Source: a bacterium (lineage in GTDB: Bacteria > Patescibacteriota > Minisyncoccia > Phycocordibacterales > UBA1006). Taken from it: a stretch of DNA of 64,000 nucleotides. Of this stretch, positions 59,181 to 64,000 are shown piece after piece. Positions within the stretch are counted from its first letter, which is position 1. Every line of letters starts with the position of its first letter. The stretch is from positions 54,734-118,733 of the forward strand of contig JBAWXN010000002.1 in NCBI GenBank assembly GCA_037144045.1, in the 5' to 3' direction. Position numbers and translations under genes: made by a program. The notes beneath the pieces were generated by a model. The model was given only the letters and a program-made list of their open reading frames with translations, was not told the DNA's origin and did not search any database.

Positions 59181-60191
59181 ATGAAAAAATTTTTAATTTA
59201 TAACCTAATAGTAATGCCACTGGTAGTGCTTGGAGTACTCGGATCAACAGCTGTATTTCCTCTGGCAGTTAATCATGCTAACGCAGAGAACACTGTCAAC
59301 GTACAAAATAATGACTTCTCCACCGGAGTCTCCGACGCCTGCACCGGTAAAGACTGTTACAGTTTGTTCTCTGGATTTGCAACAGCACTTGGAGGTAAGT
59401 TTGATAACATACAGAATGCAGACAGTATTGGAGGATTAGTAAATGCACTCATTGCCTTTGGTATAGGACTTGGGGGAGTACTTGCGGTTGCTATGATCAT
59501 GTATCAAGGATTCTTGTACATGAAAACTGATAATACTAATACTAAGTTAAATACTAAAGGTAAGATTATTAATACCATTGTAGGATTTCTCTTATTACTT
59601 ACGATCTATACCATATTGAAGACAATTAATCCTGATTTGTTGAATTTGATGCCGCGTATTGATTATTCACAACTTGACCCAGGTGAAAACGGAGACGGTA
59701 GACCTCAAGATGCTGTAACAGGCGCTGACACTAATGGAACTCCACCTCCACCAACAACCGTATCAGGATGTAGAGCTGGTATTGTAACCGTTCAAAACAT
59801 CAAGATTTGTAAAAACTTAGCCAAAGGACTCGACGATATGATTACCGCTGCAAAACAAGCAGGATTCACATTAACTGGATACGGATGGCGTAGTTCACAA
59901 AGCCAAATCAACCTTCGTATTAAAAACTGTGGGGGAAACAACAATTACAATATTTATGAAAAACCATCTGGTCAATGTAATCCTGAAACAGCAATACCCG
60001 GAAGGTCGCGTCACGAACAAGGTCTTGCAGTGGACTTCCTCTGCGCAGGGGTACAGATTAATCGATCAGCGTCACCATCGACTACCGGATGCTTTAACTG
60101 GCTCTATAATAACGCTGCTAAATATGGTTTCTACAACCTTAAGAGTAACACTCGAACAGAGGATTGGCACTGGTCAAGCGACGCACATTAA
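59181..60191 (+). CDS. pilin-like membrane domain fused to M15B D,D-carboxypeptidase
   Basis: ILKTINPDLL hairpin; GWRS..SQ, AIPGRSRHEQGLAVD and EDWHWS motifs. Confidence 0.8.
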   Translation: MKKFLIYNLIVMPLVVLGVLGSTAVFPLAVNHANAENTVNVQNNDFSTGVSDACTGKDCYSLFSGFATALGGKFDNIQNADSIGGLVNALIAFGIGLGGVLAVAMIMYQGFLYMKTDNTNTKLNTKGKIINTIVGFLLLLTIYTILKTINPDLLNLMPRIDYSQLDPGENGDGRPQDAVTGADTNGTPPPPTTVSGCRAGIVTVQNIKICKNLAKGLDDMITAAKQAGFTLTGYGWRSSQSQINLRIKNCGGNNNYNIYEKPSGQCNPETAIPGRSRHEQGLAVDFLCAGVQINRSASPSTTGCFNWLYNNAAKYGFYNLKSNTRTEDWHWSSDAH

Positions 60192-60244
60192 TTAATCAAC
60201 TCTGTCAAATTTCTTTTTAAGCCCATCTATGCTAAGCTGGTTCC

Positions 60245-60604
60245 ATGAAAAAAGAACGCATCAATTACTTTAAAGAAAAACTCACTGCTGAAAAAGCTAT
60301 TCTTGAAGATGAGCTCCAAAGTATTGGTGTAAAAGACGCTAATGGTGACTGGAGTGCTGTTCCAGAAGCACATACAGACGTAGAAGGTGACGAGGGGGAT
60401 CAAGCTGAATTCATTCAAGACTTCGATTCTAAGATTGCTCGCCTTGGATCACTCGAAACAAAATATCATCAAGTAGTAGATGCTCTCGCACGTATCGAAA
60501 ACGAAACCTATGGAATCTGTTTAAAGTCCGGAGCTCCTATCGAGGAAGACCGCCTTGAAGCAAATCCAGCCGCAGAAACCTGTAAGGCAATGATGAATAG
60601 TTAA
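60245..60604 (+). CDS. DksA/TraR family protein
   Basis: ALARIENETYGIC...IEEDRLEANPAA.TC motif; DEGD tip. Confidence 0.8.
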   Translation: MKKERINYFKEKLTAEKAILEDELQSIGVKDANGDWSAVPEAHTDVEGDEGDQAEFIQDFDSKIARLGSLETKYHQVVDALARIENETYGICLKSGAPIEEDRLEANPAAETCKAMMNS

Positions 60605-60670
60605 TCGAAAATCCCATTTATATGGGTTTTTCTTTATAAAAAATTTACCTCTTGTTGGTACTATTTACCC

Positions 60671-62209
60671 ATGGCAAAAAACTTTTCACGCATTTATTCA
60701 GCACAACCCTATCACTTGGAAGGACATATCGTGTCAGTGGAAATTGATATCACTAATGGTCTCCATTCGTTTTCTATTGTAGGACTTCCTGATAAAGCCG
60801 TAGAAGAATCGCGCGATCGTGTAGCAAGTGCTATTAAAAATTCTGGATTTACTTCACCAAAACAAGAAAATCATAAAACAGTTGTTTCACTTGCACCTGC
60901 TGAACTCCGTAAGGAAGGCTCATATTTTGATTGTGCTATTGCCGTTGGATATTTACTTGCAGGGCACCATATAGAATTTTCACCTGACAAAAAATTGTTT
61001 ATCGGTGAACTTTCCTTAAACGGTGAACTACAACCAATACATGGAATACTTCCTATTGTCCAAACCGCCAAAAAACATGGTTTCACTGAGCTATTTATTC
61101 CAGAAAAAAATACACTCGAGGCAGCGCTTATTTCTGGTATTACTATTTATCCAGCCAAAAACCTCTCCGAGATTATCAACCACATCGATGAATCATCTGA
61201 TACCAGAATCTATATCCGCCCACAACCTGTTACCCTAATTCCACAACCAGAGCCGCTTGCGGTAAATAATTTTAATACTATCTTCGGTCAAGAAACCGCA
61301 AAGCGAGGACTCGAGATTGCTGCATCAGGAGGACACAACATCATTATGTCAGGACCCCCTGGAACTGGAAAAACTCTGCTGGCTCGTGCGTTTAACGAAC
61401 TCCTTCCACCTCTTCCTATTGAATCCATTCTTGAAGTAACAGGGATCCATAGCGTGGCAGGACTTCTTAATAACCATGTTCGACCCTTGGTTGTACAACC
61501 ACCGTTCAGATCGCCTCATCATACCTCAAGTTATGTTTCGCTCATCGGCGGTGGATCTATTCCACGTCCAGGCGAAGTAACCCTTGCACATCGAGGAGTA
61601 TTATTCCTTGATGAATTTCCTGAATTTGATAAACGGGTTATTGAATCGTTACGACAGCCTATTGAGGATCGTATGGTTACGATTGCACGCGCTCGTGGCA
61701 GTGCTTTATTTCCAGCTCAATTCACCCTTATTGCAGCAATGAATCCATGTCCTTGTGGAAACTTTGGGTCACTTCATAAAATATGTGTTTGCAATCCTCA
61801 TGAAATAGGTCGCTATCGTAAAAAAATATCAGGACCCATTCTTGATCGCATTGATATTTGGCTTGCAGTAGAACATATTGATTATAATAAACTATCTACG
61901 TCGAGTACTATCCCTGAATCCAGTGAAGCAGTAAGAGCGCGCGTAATCAGTGCTCGAAAAACTCAGCAAGAACGATTCAGTAGCTCAGTAAAATTAAACG
62001 CTCACATGAGTAATAAAGATATTCAGTCAATTCACTTAACGCCCGATGTAAGAAAACTCCTTGTTGAAAGTAGTGAACTTTTTAAACTATCACCGCGGTC
62101 ATTTCATCGAATTATTAAAATAGCACGAACTATAGCTGATTTGGACGGGTCCAAAGAATTAACTACTGATCACATACTTGAAGCGTTTCACTATAGGCCG
62201 AGACAATAA
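60671..62209 (+). CDS. comM: YifB/ComM Mg-chelatase-like AAA+ ATPase
   Basis: VGLPDKAVEESR, GPPGTGKT, PGEVTLAHRGVLFLDE and NPCPCG motifs. Confidence 0.9.
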   Translation: MAKNFSRIYSAQPYHLEGHIVSVEIDITNGLHSFSIVGLPDKAVEESRDRVASAIKNSGFTSPKQENHKTVVSLAPAELRKEGSYFDCAIAVGYLLAGHHIEFSPDKKLFIGELSLNGELQPIHGILPIVQTAKKHGFTELFIPEKNTLEAALISGITIYPAKNLSEIINHIDESSDTRIYIRPQPVTLIPQPEPLAVNNFNTIFGQETAKRGLEIAASGGHNIIMSGPPGTGKTLLARAFNELLPPLPIESILEVTGIHSVAGLLNNHVRPLVVQPPFRSPHHTSSYVSLIGGGSIPRPGEVTLAHRGVLFLDEFPEFDKRVIESLRQPIEDRMVTIARARGSALFPAQFTLIAAMNPCPCGNFGSLHKICVCNPHEIGRYRKKISGPILDRIDIWLAVEHIDYNKLSTSSTIPESSEAVRARVISARKTQQERFSSSVKLNAHMSNKDIQSIHLTPDVRKLLVESSELFKLSPRSFHRIIKIARTIADLDGSKELTTDHILEAFHYRPRQ

Positions 62210-62247
62210 ATTATGTAATAAAAAACTCTGCACTGCAGAGTTTTTTA

Positions 62248-63417
62248 TTAATACAATACCGGGGTAGGGTATACTCCTCGAATCTCGTAGTGGAGATGTG
62301 GACCTGTTGATTTTCCTGTATTTCCAGTATATCCAATTATCTGACCCTGCGAGACACGTTCACCAGAACTTACACTAATCTTACTTTGATGAGCATACAG
62401 CGTTTGTGAACTATTTCCGTGCGTAATAATAGTAAGTCCTCCATACCCTCCATTATAACCATTCGGAGACTTAGTAACAATAACGGTTCCATCCGCCATT
62501 GCTCTAATAGGAGTACCTACTGGAGCACCTACATCGATAGCATTATATCGTGTGTGGAATCCTTGAGTTTTTCGAATTCGACCACCATCGGGTACAACCG
62601 GTTGAATGTAGTAACCTTTTGAAGAAGGAACTCCTGTTTTCTTTACTCCTGAACCTGGAACAATCTTCGTTGTCTTAGTAGGAGTACTTACGGTTACGAT
62701 TTCACCATCGGGAATAATTAATACCTCGCCCTGTCTTAAGATATCACTCGCGACTAAATCGTTATAATCAGTAATATCGGTAACGTCTACCTTATACTTT
62801 TTAGCGATACTTTGAATTGTTTCACCTTTCTGAACTTTATGTTTCACCCCAGTAATAGGAAGGATTACTAGATTTTGTCCACGCTGTAATACATCTTTTT
62901 TACCTAATCCATTTGCCCAACGTACCGTGTTTTCAGAGACTCCGAATTTTGTGGCAACTTTTGCTACCGTGTCGCCTGGTTGAACAATATAAGTACTAAT
63001 AGTATCGGTTACTGGAATATCAACAAGGTCTGCCAAAGTTCCTGATGACCCTATATCGGCGACAATAGCTTCACTATCAGCAATGTGAATATCTGCATCT
63101 GGATCTACCGGCTTAAGATCGGACATCATTCCTACCTCAGAAGACAATAACGGCATATTTTGCGCACTATCAGCACTTACGGTTGATTGAAAACTAGGAT
63201 CACTTTGTGCAAACGCAGACGAAAAGAACCAGGCCTGACTCGTAGCTGGTGTAATCATAAGAACCACTAGTGTAATACTAGCGATGAGAGGTAGACCTAT
63301 AGCTTCCAAGTGTTTTTTAGATGAAAAAAGACTTAGTTTTTTTGAGAAGTGTATTATAAGCCAAGAAAAAGATATCAAAAACGCGAGACCAAAGATTAAA
63401 AAAATAAATGTAAACAC
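62248..63417 (-). CDS. LysM (x2) - M23 peptidase family protein
   Basis: YIVQPGDT, HKVQKGET, AIDVGA, YAH and STGPHLHYE motifs. Confidence 0.9.
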   Translation of the reverse strand: MFTFIFLIFGLAFLISFSWLIIHFSKKLSLFSSKKHLEAIGLPLIASITLVVLMITPATSQAWFFSSAFAQSDPSFQSTVSADSAQNMPLLSSEVGMMSDLKPVDPDADIHIADSEAIVADIGSSGTLADLVDIPVTDTISTYIVQPGDTVAKVATKFGVSENTVRWANGLGKKDVLQRGQNLVILPITGVKHKVQKGETIQSIAKKYKVDVTDITDYNDLVASDILRQGEVLIIPDGEIVTVSTPTKTTKIVPGSGVKKTGVPSSKGYYIQPVVPDGGRIRKTQGFHTRYNAIDVGAPVGTPIRAMADGTVIVTKSPNGYNGGYGGLTIITHGNSSQTLYAHQSKISVSSGERVSQGQIIGYTGNTGKSTGPHLHYEIRGVYPTPVLY

Positions 63418-63622
63418 GTTTTTGAAATTACTCGAATATCTGAAATTCGGCCAGGTCTATCGTACTGCTTTCCAACCAGGGCAAAGCCCCATACCTAACC
63501 AGGGTACCAAACTGACCGAATGGGTCAACAGGGAATGGGGATAGCCTATTTTTTGACAAGTTGTAAACAAATGTGTTCTTGTTTGTAGCGTTCTCATCCT
63601 AATTCATTTATAATAATTTCAT

Positions 63623-64000
63623 ATGGGCATTAAAGACATTCCTCTTTCAACAACACCCGCTTCTGCACAAGCCATCCCTGTGCCCCCTTCACTTGAATCT
63701 ATTATTCAAACTGCCAAGGGACAAATAAGTAACGACCCGCAATCAGGGAGTATCTTGAAACTGCTTAGTGAAAACGGATTTAAAGAAAAGATTCAAGAAG
63801 GTTACAAAAATGGAAGAACTTACACCATTCTCCATGCAGCACCAAGTCCTGATTTTACTCTTATTGAAAATTGGACAGAAACCACGAAAGACGAAAATGG
63901 TAATAGTGTTTCCAATCCGAGAAAAACATACCAGTTCTTTAAAATTGTCATAGACACTCCACCAGTTCAAGAAACGAGCCAGCCAGCAACCCCGTTAGAG
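63623..64000 (+). CDS. hypothetical protein, 3'-truncated by window edge
   Basis: ATG at 63623 (MGIKDIPLST...) after TATAAT; frame is open to the end of the window. Confidence 0.5.
   Translation, partial: MGIKDIPLSTTPASAQAIPVPPSLESIIQTAKGQISNDPQSGSILKLLSENGFKEKIQEGYKNGRTYTILHAAPSPDFTLIENWTETTKDENGNSVSNPRKTYQFFKIVIDTPPVQETSQPATPLE

Noticed and set aside
691-63970. Numerous short antisense or overlapping ORFs in the six-frame track
   Set aside because: They lie opposite or inside well-supported genes and show no motifs; treated as shadow ORFs.

Overview
Chromosomal segment of a small-genome, AT-rich bacterium whose gene content looks like Patescibacteria/CPR (Parcubacteria-like). This assignment is inferred from a PPIase-less trigger factor, several TrmB-like regulators, a pilin-peptidase fusion and many apparently leaderless genes. 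Housekeeping genes include tig, clpP, ppa, rny, HU, cca, pyrG, xth, a xerC/D-like recombinase, rpsO, comM/yifB and four tRNAs. The main result is an ~19-kb NAD-centred region (6.1-25.0 kb). It encodes a complete NAD recycling loop (Nudix, prs, pncA, pncB, nadD, nadE) and the repressor NrtR. A 21-bp palindrome (TAGTGT-N7-ACACTA, NrtR-box type) occurs four times: at nadE, at pncA-pncB, upstream of an orphan 397-aa gene, and over a symmetric bidirectional promoter. That promoter drives a kinase-like/vWA/atypical adenylosuccinate-synthetase module on one strand and an HDxxH protein on the other, linking an uncharacterised module to the ADP-ribose/NAD regulon. Other notable items are a 2OG-dioxygenase/GT/kinase/GT operon, a phased DnaA-box array next to about 11 parS sites (most inside cca), an ABC ATPase fused to a TrmB effector domain, a HAD-NMNAT-Nudix fusion and a possible structured RNA leader upstream of a LysM-M23 gene. 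All calls come from motif recognition by eye; no searches were run.
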